Assembly (NCBI GenBank): GCA_963813715.1 | Contig: CAWFAK010000009.1 | Coordinates: forward strand, 96,001 to 160,000 | Direction of reading: 5' to 3' | DNA: 64,000 nt | From: an uncultured Planctomycetaceae bacterium | GTDB lineage: Bacteria > Planctomycetota > Planctomycetia > Planctomycetales > Planctomycetaceae | In this document: positions 22,876 to 33,104 of the stretch, piece after piece | Position numbering within the stretch: the stretch's first letter is position 1 | How the letters are laid out: each line of letters opens with the position of its first letter | Notes under the pieces: generated by a model | Database searches by the model: none | Told to the model about the DNA's origin: nothing | What the model saw: the letters and a program-made list of their open reading frames with translations, nothing else | Made by a program: the position numbers and the translations under genes

Positions 22876-23886
22876 TCATGCGGGGGCGGGCGGTTCCGTC
22901 GGAGCGGCGAGGGCGTCGCGAGTGGCGGTCAGCACGCGCTTGAGCGCGTCCGTCAGGTTGCCGTTCAACGTTGCGCCGGAGGCCTGCTTGTGGCCGCCGC
23001 CGCCGAATTGCTCGGCGAGCATGGCGACGTCGACGCCGGCTCGGCTGCGGAAACTGAATTTGACCGTCTTGTTCATCTGCTCGACCGCGATGAACGCACA
23101 CTGGGTGCCGCCGATTTTCAGGCACTCGTTGACGAGGTCCTCGGTATCGACGGGGCGGGCGCCGCAGCGGTCGAAGTCGGCCAGTTCCACCCAGGTGTAG
23201 GCCAGCTTCCCGTCGCTCTCGAGCGTCACCCGGCTGAGCACGCAGCCGGCCAGCCGAATGCGGCCGACCGAAAACTGCTCGTAAAGTTGCCGGTAGAGCA
23301 AGTCGGGCCGCGCACCGAGGTCAATGAGCCGTGCGGCCACGCGGTGCGTCGACTCGCGAACCGACGAAAAACGGAACCAGCCGGTGTCGGTGGCGACCGC
23401 GCAGAACAACGGCGTTGCGACTTCGGGAGGAATGGCCAGATCGAGCGCGTCGGCCATTTCCAGAATCAGCACGCCCGTCGCCTCGGCCTGCGTGTCCTTG
23501 AATTCGAGCGCCCCCAGATCGTCGCTGCTGGCGTGATGGTCGATCACCACCCGGCGGGCCGTGCCGCGACGCATCATCTGGCCGACGTCCTGCAGCTGGC
23601 TCCAGGAACTGGTGTCGACGACGATGTGAACGTCGGTCTCCAGCAGGGCCTCGGGCTTGATGTCTTCGCCGATCTTCAGCACCTTGTGCTCGGGATCGAG
23701 GAACGACAGCGTCGCCGGGATTGCCGACGGATTGACGATGCGGACCTCTTTGCCCAGCGTCCGCAGGATCGCGGCCAGCCCCAGCTCGGAACCGATGGCG
23801 TCGGCGTCGGGCCGCACGTGGCTGGACAAGATAAACCGCTGGTTCGACATCAACACGTCGCGCAGCGGTTCCCAGGGAATCACCAT
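22876..23886 (-). CDS. nrnA: DHH/DHHA1 bifunctional oligoribonuclease / pAp phosphatase
   Basis: HVRPDADAIGS, VVD, IDHH, TDTGWF, SFRS and GGGHKQASG motifs. Confidence 0.9.
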   Translation of the reverse strand: MVIPWEPLRDVLMSNQRFILSSHVRPDADAIGSELGLAAILRTLGKEVRIVNPSAIPATLSFLDPEHKVLKIGEDIKPEALLETDVHIVVDTSSWSQLQDVGQMMRRGTARRVVIDHHASSDDLGALEFKDTQAEATGVLILEMADALDLAIPPEVATPLFCAVATDTGWFRFSSVRESTHRVAARLIDLGARPDLLYRQLYEQFSVGRIRLAGCVLSRVTLESDGKLAYTWVELADFDRCGARPVDTEDLVNECLKIGGTQCAFIAVEQMNKTVKFSFRSRAGVDVAMLAEQFGGGGHKQASGATLNGNLTDALKRVLTATRDALAAPTEPPAPA

Positions 23887-23975
23887 GGCCGCATTGTAAA
23901 AGGTCGCTGCCGATCTCGCGACTGGCCCCGCAACGATTGCGCCGGACTTTCTTGCGCCGGGAACCATGCAAGGTC

Positions 23976-24063
23976 GGGTGGCACTGGCGGCTCGTCCGCC
24001 AGTGTCTTGAGTGGGCCGCTCAGCGGACAAGAAACACTGGCGGACAAGCCGCCAGTGCCACCC
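23976..24063. repeat. REP doublet, second copy
   Basis: Same arms as 19938-20027 (one mismatch) with a different spacer. Confidence 0.9.
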
Positions 24064-24087
24064 CTGACTCATCGTTTTGGGGGAGGA

Positions 24088-25814
24088 CTATCGCGGCTCG
24101 GGGCCGAGGTTGCCGGCAAAATGGCTGGGCAGCGTGGACGGTTCGACGGGCGGATTGAGCGAGTTTCGTGCGCCGAGCGGCAAACTTTGGGCGGCCAGGC
24201 CGAGCGCGTGGGCTTGGTTGCGCAGGTGTTCGATTTCGTGCAGCTCGCGCTCCACATCCACGTTCGACTCTTCCAAGCAGCCCTGCCGCACGCGGCCCGA
24301 CAGCGCGTCGGAGCCGGCGCCATTGGCCTGAAACTGGCGGCGAATCGTGAACAGGTTTTCGCCCGTCGGCGCCAAGTCGGCCAGCGCGGGCACCCGCACG
24401 ATTTCGATTCGTTGCGGCGAGTCGTGCACGGAAACGGGGCCGGCCTTGACCATGCTGTCCACCGAGATCTCGACGTCGCTGTCGGGTCCCTTGATCTTCA
24501 CCGACGGCAGCACGAAGAGTTCGCGCTGCGCGGTGCGCCACACGAGTTCCCCGCCGACGCTCACCGCGAAACGCCCGCACCGCGTGTAGTACAACTGGTG
24601 GGTCTGGCGGTCTTCAAGCTGGAAGAATCCTTCGCCGTCGATCGCCAGATCGAGCGGACGATCGGTTTTGCGAATCTTGCCTTGGCCAGCGTCGACACCC
24701 ACCGGCCCGAGCCGCACGCCCACGCCGATGCTGCCGCGCGACGAGCTGGCGGCCGCGCTCTCGAGCGCGACGATCGCACGTTTGTAACCGTCGGTGCCGG
24801 CGTTGGCGACGTTATTCAGCAAGACTTGCTGCGCCTGAGCGATGGCTTCGAGGCTGGCGCCGATCGTCCGCGCGGCGTCCCGCTCGCCGTCGGGCAGTAA
24901 GCCGGGTGAGTCACTGGGCGGCAGGAGCGGCTCGCTGGCGGTCGGCCCGGGAGTAGCCTGCGGCCACAGCGGCAGACTCGAGGGGGGCTGGCCCAGTGAC
25001 GACGGGCCAAACGGCGACTGGCCGATTGGCGACTGGCCTAACGGGGAAGGCCCCAGCAGCGGCCGGGTCTCGACGGTCGACGGCGGCGTGCGGCCCAGCT
25101 CCTCGCGGAGCCGCAACAGTTCGCGCACGTCGTGGGGCGACAGAATCCTTGAGCTGTTCGTGCCAGACTTCGCGCTCCTCGGCCGTTGAGTTGGGCAGCG
25201 CTCGATCAATGACGCGGCGACCCGGCGAAATCGGGTGTGGGGAAATTCACGTTCGGCGAATTGACATTCGGGGAATTTAGGCCCGGTGCGATCGGCCCCC
25301 CATCGCCGAATCTGGGAGTCACTGGGGCCGAGGCTGGTGGTTCGACGGGGAAATCCGGTCCGTCCGGCAAGAGCGGCAGTGCGTCGGTCCGTAGTGGCAT
25401 CGGCATCGGCTGAGGAATCGCCGAGGGCCGCGTCGATTCGCTGGCGTCGGCCGTCCGCGGCGGGTGTGGCAGAGCGGCCGGCTCGCGACCCGAGACAGCG
25501 GGCAGGATTCGGTTGGTTCCGACCTCGCTCGACAACAGCGGGCGCTCGCAGGCACCGCTCGCGCAGCCGGTGGTCATGACGTCCGAGATGCGAGTGACCG
25601 TGCGCGGTCCGCTTGCGGGCGGATTGTCTGGCATCTTGCAGTCGGGGTACAGCTGCGGGGGAAGGAAAGACGCGGGCGTCGCCGCGCCCGTCGCGCGGCT
25701 CGCAGCCGGCGGATGGTGGTGTCCTTGACGAGCGATCCAATGTCCGGCAACGAGCAGTGCCGAGACGCAGACCAAAGACAAAACACCGGTCGCCGCGCGG
25801 TTCACAAAGCGCAT
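24088..25814 (-). CDS. FlgG/FlgF-like rod-domain protein with N-terminal hydrophobic anchor and Pro-rich linker (frameshift near 25200)
   Basis: NNVANAGTDGYK, TDRPLDLAIDGEGFF, YTRCGRF and QGCLEESNVD motifs; upstream frame starts MRFVNRAATGVLSLVCVSALLVAG after a GGAGG RBS. Confidence 0.7.
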
Positions 25815-26433
25815 GGTTGCCCTCCCTGGCAAAAGCGGGCCGCACGGTAGTCGAATCCGGTAAAAGCGGCAAGATGGATTGGCTCTCAATCGCTTCCGGG
25901 GAAGCGACTTAAGAGCTCGTCGCGCCCACCTGCCGAATCCGTCGGCCGAGCAACTGATGAAGGCTCTCTCAGAATGCAGCTTCCGGAAGCTCGCACCTCG
26001 AAGCACCTACCGATGTCCGGGCCTGTGGACGCGGTACAGCCTGCGCTGTCCGGCATCGAGGTGAGTCACAACGTCGCATGGATGCCCCCCGAGGACGCAT
26101 CGCGAATCGCGGGACGAAATTTTACCGGCTGCAGGGCCGCGTTCGTCTCGACCGATTGCCGGTCGTTCACTATAAAGCGTCCCCCTCAAAGCGGCCGTAA
26201 GCCGCTGAGCGGGTAAAAATTACGCAGTCGTGCGCGGGGCCGCAGGATTCCGACCGGCGCAAACGGGAAACATCGGCGCCTGCGGAATTTCTTGGCAGTT
26301 TCTCATTTGCACGGCAGATCCCTCGCGTGACCGGCCGGACCCAGAGATGCCGGAAACTGCGAGCGGTCTCGCGAAATCCCGCGCCGGATCGCGAACGTGA
26401 GACTTTAATCCTCTTGAAAGGAGTCGTGACGTG

Positions 26434-28207
26434 ATGCAGGGCTTGGGTCGAAAGGAATCTTCATCCGTTGACACCGTGCGGCGGACGGCGCGGCGGCTGG
26501 CCCTCTTCGGCCTGGCCGCGGCCCCGCTGATGGCGGCCGGCACGCTGATCTGGGCTCAGGACGATCCGCGCGACGTAATCGAACAGCGTCGCCGCGACGT
26601 CGATCGCGAACGCCGCCTCGTCGACCACGACGTCAACCGCGAGCGGCGCTTGGACGACCGCGAGTATATCTCCGATCGCCGGCCCGATCCGGGCGCCATC
26701 GAGCGACGCGAAAAACTGGCCCGCGACCTGAAACACGACCTGCTCGACTTCGACAAGAACGGCTTTGATCGCGGTCCGGATCGTCGATATTACGGCGGCG
26801 ACGTGTCCACAGTCGTCGAATCGCCCGAAACGCTCGACCTGTCACGCCGCATCTTCGATCACATCGCGCAGGAGGCCGACGCCCTGCAAGTCGGGCTCAA
26901 CAACGACGTCGACCAGATGCGGGGCGTCCGTAGCGTATTGCACGACGTGATCCAGTTCAGCGCGGGCCCAGGTTCTCGCCGAAAGCTGCCGCCGGACCGA
27001 ACGACTCGGCGTGATGTATGGCGACTTCGAGGCCTTCGATCGCGACTGGCAGTCGATTTCCTACAAGTTGCGACGGATTCCCGAGATCAACCAAAGCGCT
27101 GCGCTCCGGCGCATTGAAAACATCGACAAGCTCGATGCAAAGCTCAACGAAATCTTTAAGGTCAAGCCGCACTTCGACCAGCACGAGCTGCTCCGCGCCA
27201 CGGCCGCGCTCTCCGACAAGCTGCAGAGACTGGTGGAAGACATCGAAGTGGAAATGGTCGATCCCCAGTTGCGCCGCTCGTTGACCGAGATGGCCCGCCG
27301 CACGCAATCCGAGGCCCAGATGGTCTCCAGCGTGTGCGATTCCGAGAGCGATCCGGCGGCTGTCGCCGGCGAGTTCAAGGAGTATCTCGAGTTGTGGCAC
27401 CCGCTGGTCCGCCAGATTCGCCAGGTCGACGCCAACCATGCGCTCGAGCGGACCGTCTTCCGCGTCAGCCAGTCGAACCGGGAGATCGGCGAATTCCTGC
27501 GGATGCCCGCCCAGAATGACACAACCAACCTGGGCTACATCATGGACTCACTTAAACGCGACGTTGACGAATACTTCACGCGGGCGCCGCTGCGACTCGT
27601 GATGGACCTGCCCGATGCCCGCACGGCGCTCGCCACTGCCGGAGAGTTTTACGGCACCTGCGAGCAGTTTTCGCAGGAAGCCACCAACAACGCGTCGCAG
27701 ACCGACCTGGCCGAGGCCTTCCGCAACGTGTCGCAGGCCTGGCGGGCGTTCAACTACACGTTCCGCCCGATGCAAAGCGAGCCGGCTCGCCGCGTGCTAA
27801 ACCGCATCGAGCAGAGCATGGGTTCGCTGGCCGACGCGTTGCAGCTCTATGATCAGCAGTTCGACGGCCGCCGCATCAGCGACCTGGCCTACACTCTGTC
27901 GGCCGCGGCCGACAACATCAACCGCGACACGCAGATCTGGCTGCAGCGCGATCGCCAGGACTTCGCCGACGAGGCGACCCGCGCAACGCAGTCGTTCGTC
28001 GAGCGTTGCCAGCGGTTCAGCGACGCGGTGACCGGCGGTGCGACGGTCGAACAACTGCGGCCGGAAATCATGCACTTGTACGAGCACTACAAGCAGGTCT
28101 ACTCCTTCATCTCGCAGTGCGGCGGCCACGAGCGCGGCCGGTTGGCGGAAAACGCCAAACGCGCCAAAGCGGCCCTGGTCGACCTCCGCACGCAGCTGGA
28201 GATCTAA
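26434..28207 (+). CDS. Secreted alpha-helical repeat protein (frameshift near 26965)
   Basis: AGGAG RBS; signal-like segment LALFGLAAAPLMAAG..WAQD; repeated helical units with F..W; terminator downstream. Confidence 0.7.
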
Positions 28208-28230
28208 TCCGCGTTATGATTTGATTCTCG

Positions 28231-28264
28231 AAGCCCGCCGGCCCAAAACCGGCGGGCTTTTTTT
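28231..28264 (+). terminator. Rho-independent terminator
   Basis: AAGCCCGCCGG-loop-CCGGCGGGCTT followed by a T tract. Confidence 0.85.
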
Positions 28265-28443
28265 CGCGCTGATCGGTCAAGCCGTGCGCGGCGTGATTAG
28301 CGGAGGATGTGGGGCAATCGTAGGGTATGACCGGGCGCCTCGGCGGCCGCCGGCACACCATCTTACGGACATTTCGTCAGCGCCCTGCGCAAGAATGGCG
28401 GGCCTGCGCCCGCTTCGCCGGCTGGTCCTACCCTACAAAACCG

Positions 28444-30369
28444 CTACGAATTCAGCTCGGCCGCCTCTTCCCAGTGTTCGTAGAGCGTTGCCAACTCCGC
28501 GCGAAGGTCTTCGTGCTGGCGGGTCACTTCGCGAATGCGCTCGGGTGTGCGATGGATTTGCGGGTCGGCCATTTCCGTCTCGACCTGCCGCAGCGTCGCC
28601 TCCTTATCGGCGATGTCGCGCTCGATCGCTTCGGTTTTGCGATAGGGGAAGCGGCGTTTGCGGCGAGCCGGTTTGCTGCTGTCCGTCGGGGCCGCTGGCT
28701 CGGCGGTCCGCGCGGCGTCGTTGCGCGCTGTCCGCGCCCCTTCGCGGGATTGGCCGAGTGCCAGGAGCCGCTGCTGGGCGAAATGAACGTAATCGCTGTA
28801 GTTGCCGTCGTAGCACTTCCAGCCTTCCGGCTCGCACACGACCACGCGTTTGGCCAGCCGATCGAGGAAATAGCGGTCGTGGCTGACGAAGACGAGCGTC
28901 CCCTCGTACGCGCGAAGGGCTTCTTCGAGCGAATCGCGGGCCCACAGGTCGAGGTGATTGGTCGGCTCGTCGAGCACCAGCACATTGACGTTTTGCGCGT
29001 TGAGCCGGGCGAGCGCCACTTTGCTTTTTTCGCCGCCGCTCATCGCGCCGACTTTCTGCAGCGCCAACTCGCCGCGAATGCCGAAACGGGCCAGCAGGTT
29101 GCGGAGCGTCGCGGGCGTGACCTCGGGCCGGTCGGGGGGACGAATGGCTTCGATGGCGTCGCACTCGGGATCGACGCTCGTGAGCCGCTGATCGAAATAG
29201 CCGAGCTTGACGCCCGTGCCGATGCGGGCGACGCCGCTGTCCGGTGGCAGCTCGCCCAGCAGGACCCGCAACAGCGTCGTTTTGCCGCAGCCGTTGGGCC
29301 CGAAAATCCCGAGGGAATCGCCCCGCCCGACGCGGAGCGAAAAATCGGTGAACAGCGGCCGGCCCAGGCTCTTGGCGACCTGCTGCGCGTCGAGCACCCA
29401 ATCGCCGGGCCGCCCCACCGACGAAAAGTTCATCCCCAGCTCGGCGATTTCAGGCGGTCGCTCGATCTCCTCGACGCGGGCCAGCTTTTTCTCACGGTCT
29501 TTGGCCTGCCCGCTTTTCTGGCCCATCTTGTTGCGGCGGATGAAATCCTCGGTCCGCGCGATGTATTCCTGCTGCCGCTCGTACGTCTTCTGCAACAGCT
29601 CGCCCCGCTCGTGCCGCTGCCGCCAGTACGCGGAGAAATTGCCCGCGTAGTCGGTGAGCCGGCCGGCCCACAGCTCGAGGATGCGGTTGGTGACGCGATC
29701 GAGGAAATATCGGTCGTGGCTGACGATGATCATCGCCTGCGGAGCGCTCACCAGCCAATTTTCGAGCCACTCGGTGGCCGCAATGTCCAGGTGGTTCGTC
29801 GGCTCGTCGAGCAGCATGACGTCCGGAGCCCGGAGCAGCATCCGCGCTAAGAGGGCCCGGTTCCGCTGCCCGCCGCTCAGCTCTGAGAGGGGCTGCGCAA
29901 ACTCCGCGGTCGAAAAACCGAGCCCATGCAGCACCTCGTCGACGCGGTGGTCAATGTTGTGGGCGTCGAGCCGATCGAGCTCGGACTGCACCGAGTCAAA
30001 CCGCTTTTGCAGCCGGGCGACTTGCGCGGGATCGGCCTCGGCGGAGATGTCGCTGGCCAACTCGGCCGACTCGCGCTGCAGGGCATAGAGTGCGGCCAGG
30101 CCTTCGCGGGCCTCGTCCAGCACGGTACGCTCGCTGGAATAGTCAGCCTCTTGCTCGAGCAGGGCCACGTCGGCCGAGCGATGCTGGGTAACTTCGCCCT
30201 TGTCCGGATGATCCATTCCGGCCAGGATCCGCATCAGCGTGGTCTTGCCCGCGCCGTTGGGCCCGACCAGGCCGACCCGTTCGCCCCGGCGGATCTCAAA
30301 GCCGACCCCTCGTAAGACCGGGTCGGCATCGAATTGCCGAAAGACGTCCACAAGTGAAAGCAAGATCAT
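28444..30369 (-). CDS. ABC-F family ATPase (Uup/YdiF-like)
   Basis: Two NBDs ([22 protein letters not shown] and GPNGCGKT/MSGGE/LDEPTNHLD), no TM segments, C-terminal coiled coil. Confidence 0.93.
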   Translation of the reverse strand: MILLSLVDVFRQFDADPVLRGVGFEIRRGERVGLVGPNGAGKTTLMRILAGMDHPDKGEVTQHRSADVALLEQEADYSSERTVLDEAREGLAALYALQRESAELASDISAEADPAQVARLQKRFDSVQSELDRLDAHNIDHRVDEVLHGLGFSTAEFAQPLSELSGGQRNRALLARMLLRAPDVMLLDEPTNHLDIAATEWLENWLVSAPQAMIIVSHDRYFLDRVTNRILELWAGRLTDYAGNFSAYWRQRHERGELLQKTYERQQEYIARTEDFIRRNKMGQKSGQAKDREKKLARVEEIERPPEIAELGMNFSSVGRPGDWVLDAQQVAKSLGRPLFTDFSLRVGRGDSLGIFGPNGCGKTTLLRVLLGELPPDSGVARIGTGVKLGYFDQRLTSVDPECDAIEAIRPPDRPEVTPATLRNLLARFGIRGELALQKVGAMSGGEKSKVALARLNAQNVNVLVLDEPTNHLDLWARDSLEEALRAYEGTLVFVSHDRYFLDRLAKRVVVCEPEGWKCYDGNYSDYVHFAQQRLLALGQSREGARTARNDAARTAEPAAPTDSSKPARRKRRFPYRKTEAIERDIADKEATLRQVETEMADPQIHRTPERIREVTRQHEDLRAELATLYEHWEEAAELNS

Positions 30370-30491
30370 CGATCGGCCGCTGCTGCGCACGAGGCGGTGC
30401 GGCGCACGCCCTCAGCAGGCCACGCTCGGCACCGGCCGGCTGATACCGCTTAATCCGCGGATTCGCCGGGTTTCAGTCGCAGCCCGTGATG

Positions 30492-32636
30492 CTAGCGAAC
30501 GTCGACCGGTTCGGGCAACGAGGCCCGTTTCGGCGCCACATTGATCGTCGGCAGGATCGTCGACGGCGCCGCCGCTGCCGCCGACCCGCTTGACGTACTC
30601 GCAGGCGACGTGTTCACCGGCGGGAAGTTCATCGTCGACGCGCCAGCCGGCAGTGGGCTGGCAGGAGCCAGGCTCGCGGGCGTCGTATTCACAGGCGTCT
30701 CGGGCATTTCGGGCATCGGCTCCTGCTCGTTCGCGGGGGCCAAGGCCGTCCGCGTCGGATCTGTCGAAATCGGATGTGCACTCAGCGGATCGACGGCGAA
30801 GCCCCGCGGGCCGCGCTTGGCCAGCTGCAGCTTGAGCGAATGCTTGAGTTCCGCTGGGTCGGCCTGTCCGGCCAGCAGCCAGACGCGATCGATCATCAGG
30901 TAGTCGCCTTCGCGAACCAGCTCGACTTTCGCACCGAACCGTTCGTCGCCAAGCATCACGATCTCACCAGTCGCGACGTCAGTGATGCTGCTAAGCGGCA
31001 TGTCGAGGTGCGGCAGCACGGCGTACGCCGCCTCGGGAACCTGTGTGATTTGCGTCCAAACCAGTCGATTGAAATCGCGAGAGCTGATCGTCTTGAGCAG
31101 TTCGAGCTGCGGCTCGTGCCCTTCGGCGGCCGTCGAGGCGTCGCGGAGGGCGAGCGTCAGCAGGCGAATCGGCAACGTAGCCTGCAGCGTGTCCTTGAGC
31201 GATTGCGGCCGGTCGAGCACGGGCATCAGCACGTCGTCAACGTTCACGTCGCCGTTCCAGTCGCGCATTACATAGGTCAGCTCGCGGCTGCCTTGCCGCA
31301 CGGGAATGCGGATCACAGGGCCGCGGAAATCGGTCGGATCCGTGTTGACGGCCGGCGAAATCTCGATTTCCGGCGGCAGAACCTCGGCCAGCGGCAGATT
31401 GCCGAGCCGTCTCCACACCTTGAGATCAAAGTCCTTGCTGGAGTTGGCACGGACGAGCGACAGATTGCCCTTGAGCAGCGCCTGGACGAAGAGCTGCATC
31501 TTGGCCTGGGCGGTAAACAGGGCGGCGAGCCGCTTTTCAGACTTGGAATCGAAGATGGTCACTTCGTCGACCAGGAACTTCGGATTCTCGGGGTCCACGA
31601 TAGGCTTGGAATTCTCGCCGTCGCTGTAGGGAACTTTGAGCGAGATCTTCACCGTATCTTCGCCGCGATGCAGGAGATATTCGGCCGTCAATTCCTGCGT
31701 CGTCACCGTGTCCTTTTCGCCTAAAACTTCCGGCGTCGGCAGCGGCACGAGCTTGGGATCGGCCAGCACCAGGCACTTTTCGTAGAAGGTCGGGGCAGAC
31801 AGTTTCTTCAGCTGTGTCTTGTCGGACCCCTGGTAAGACTTGAGGAAGTCGACCACGGTGCGGATCACGGTGGCCGTGCGCTTGGCGGAGGCGAGCTGGT
31901 CTTTGTCCTTGCGGGACTCGACCTGCACGTCGGCCACTTTCCAGCCTTTATTCGTCAGCCGCATCGACAGAATGAGGATGCCGCGGGCCCGTTGCAGTTT
32001 GACGATGGCGTCTTGCCCGTCGATCGTCGCCTCAGGACGAAACTCTTCGGCCTTGATGCGTTCGCCGGCAACTTTCTTTGTGAGCCGTTCGAGGTGAGTG
32101 GTGGGCAGTTCGCCCAAGAGCTTGCCGAAGCTCGCGGTGGTGACGGCCTGCACTTCCTCGCGCTTGCCCTTGTGCCAGGCGACGAGGAAGTCCTGCACGA
32201 CCAGGAGCAAGTCCATCTGCTCGATCACGCTCTTGACCGCGGTGACGTCCTTGCTTTTCTGTTTGAAGACGACGTCGTCGACGACCCACTTGCCCGATTT
32301 CTGGTCGCGGACCAGCTTGAACTCCATCTTGCGATGGGTCTTTTCCGTGGTGACTTCGACTTTCTTTTCCTTATCCGAAACGTTCTTGACCTTGACGATC
32401 GTGAGCTTTTCCTCGGGGTGCTGATACACGATCTTCAGCGCATCGATCGAATCTTTCCGCCGCAGCGCCTTCTCGTCGAACTGTTCCGAGGCCGTGGCCT
32501 TCAGCTGGTCGATATCGTTTTTCTCGATCGCCGCGGTGAAGTGATCGAGTACGCCGGTCTCGGCGATGTTCGCGCAGCCGACGGCGGCGCAGACGAGAAC
32601 CGTTCCGTAGACCACGGTGTGCGGAATGCGAACCAT
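30492..32636 (-). CDS. Hypothetical lipoprotein with repeated NTF2-like modules
   Basis: Lipobox AVGC; repeated units ending W(V/K)V(D/A)DV or FLVDEV; Pro/Ser-rich tail. Confidence 0.65.
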   Translation of the reverse strand: MVRIPHTVVYGTVLVCAAVGCANIAETGVLDHFTAAIEKNDIDQLKATASEQFDEKALRRKDSIDALKIVYQHPEEKLTIVKVKNVSDKEKKVEVTTEKTHRKMEFKLVRDQKSGKWVVDDVVFKQKSKDVTAVKSVIEQMDLLLVVQDFLVAWHKGKREEVQAVTTASFGKLLGELPTTHLERLTKKVAGERIKAEEFRPEATIDGQDAIVKLQRARGILILSMRLTNKGWKVADVQVESRKDKDQLASAKRTATVIRTVVDFLKSYQGSDKTQLKKLSAPTFYEKCLVLADPKLVPLPTPEVLGEKDTVTTQELTAEYLLHRGEDTVKISLKVPYSDGENSKPIVDPENPKFLVDEVTIFDSKSEKRLAALFTAQAKMQLFVQALLKGNLSLVRANSSKDFDLKVWRRLGNLPLAEVLPPEIEISPAVNTDPTDFRGPVIRIPVRQGSRELTYVMRDWNGDVNVDDVLMPVLDRPQSLKDTLQATLPIRLLTLALRDASTAAEGHEPQLELLKTISSRDFNRLVWTQITQVPEAAYAVLPHLDMPLSSITDVATGEIVMLGDERFGAKVELVREGDYLMIDRVWLLAGQADPAELKHSLKLQLAKRGPRGFAVDPLSAHPISTDPTRTALAPANEQEPMPEMPETPVNTTPASLAPASPLPAGASTMNFPPVNTSPASTSSGSAAAAAPSTILPTINVAPKRASLPEPVDVR

Positions 32637-33104
32637 GACACTCGTCCTGGCCGATCAGACGTCGGGCAAGCGGAAGTTTTGGAGGTGGGAGCAGTCGGGA
32701 GGGAGGGGAGGCGAGAGTTGAGAGGGGCGTCTTTTCTCAAATCCCATCGGTCGCGTCAAGCCCGGTCACACCGGGCAAAATACAGTTTTTTCATCGTTTC
32801 GCATTCTGCTGACGCGATTGCGCGACCGAAACTGGTCTTGGTGCGAGGTTACCTCGCACTATAATCCCCGCCCTCTCTCCTCTCTTTCTTGTTGCATTCT
32901 CTCTCGCAGCTCACTGTCGATCTCGTCCGCTCGTTTCGCGCTGCTCACTTCGTTCCTCTGCGCGTCTGCGCCTTTCGCACTTCTGCTTGCCTTAATCGGT
33001 TCGCGCCGGCCGGCTCGCCCCTCGCGGCGAATCGTGTTGGAAATCGCGATCCGCCTGCGTTCGCTCATCTCGCTCGCTCTCCGCTCCCGCTTTCCCTTCC
33101 CTAG

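Noticed and set aside
23887..24072. N-terminal extension of nrnA and similar GWHWRLVRQC peptides near 19940-20030
   Set aside because: These are translations of the REP doublet; the likely start of nrnA is ATG 23886.
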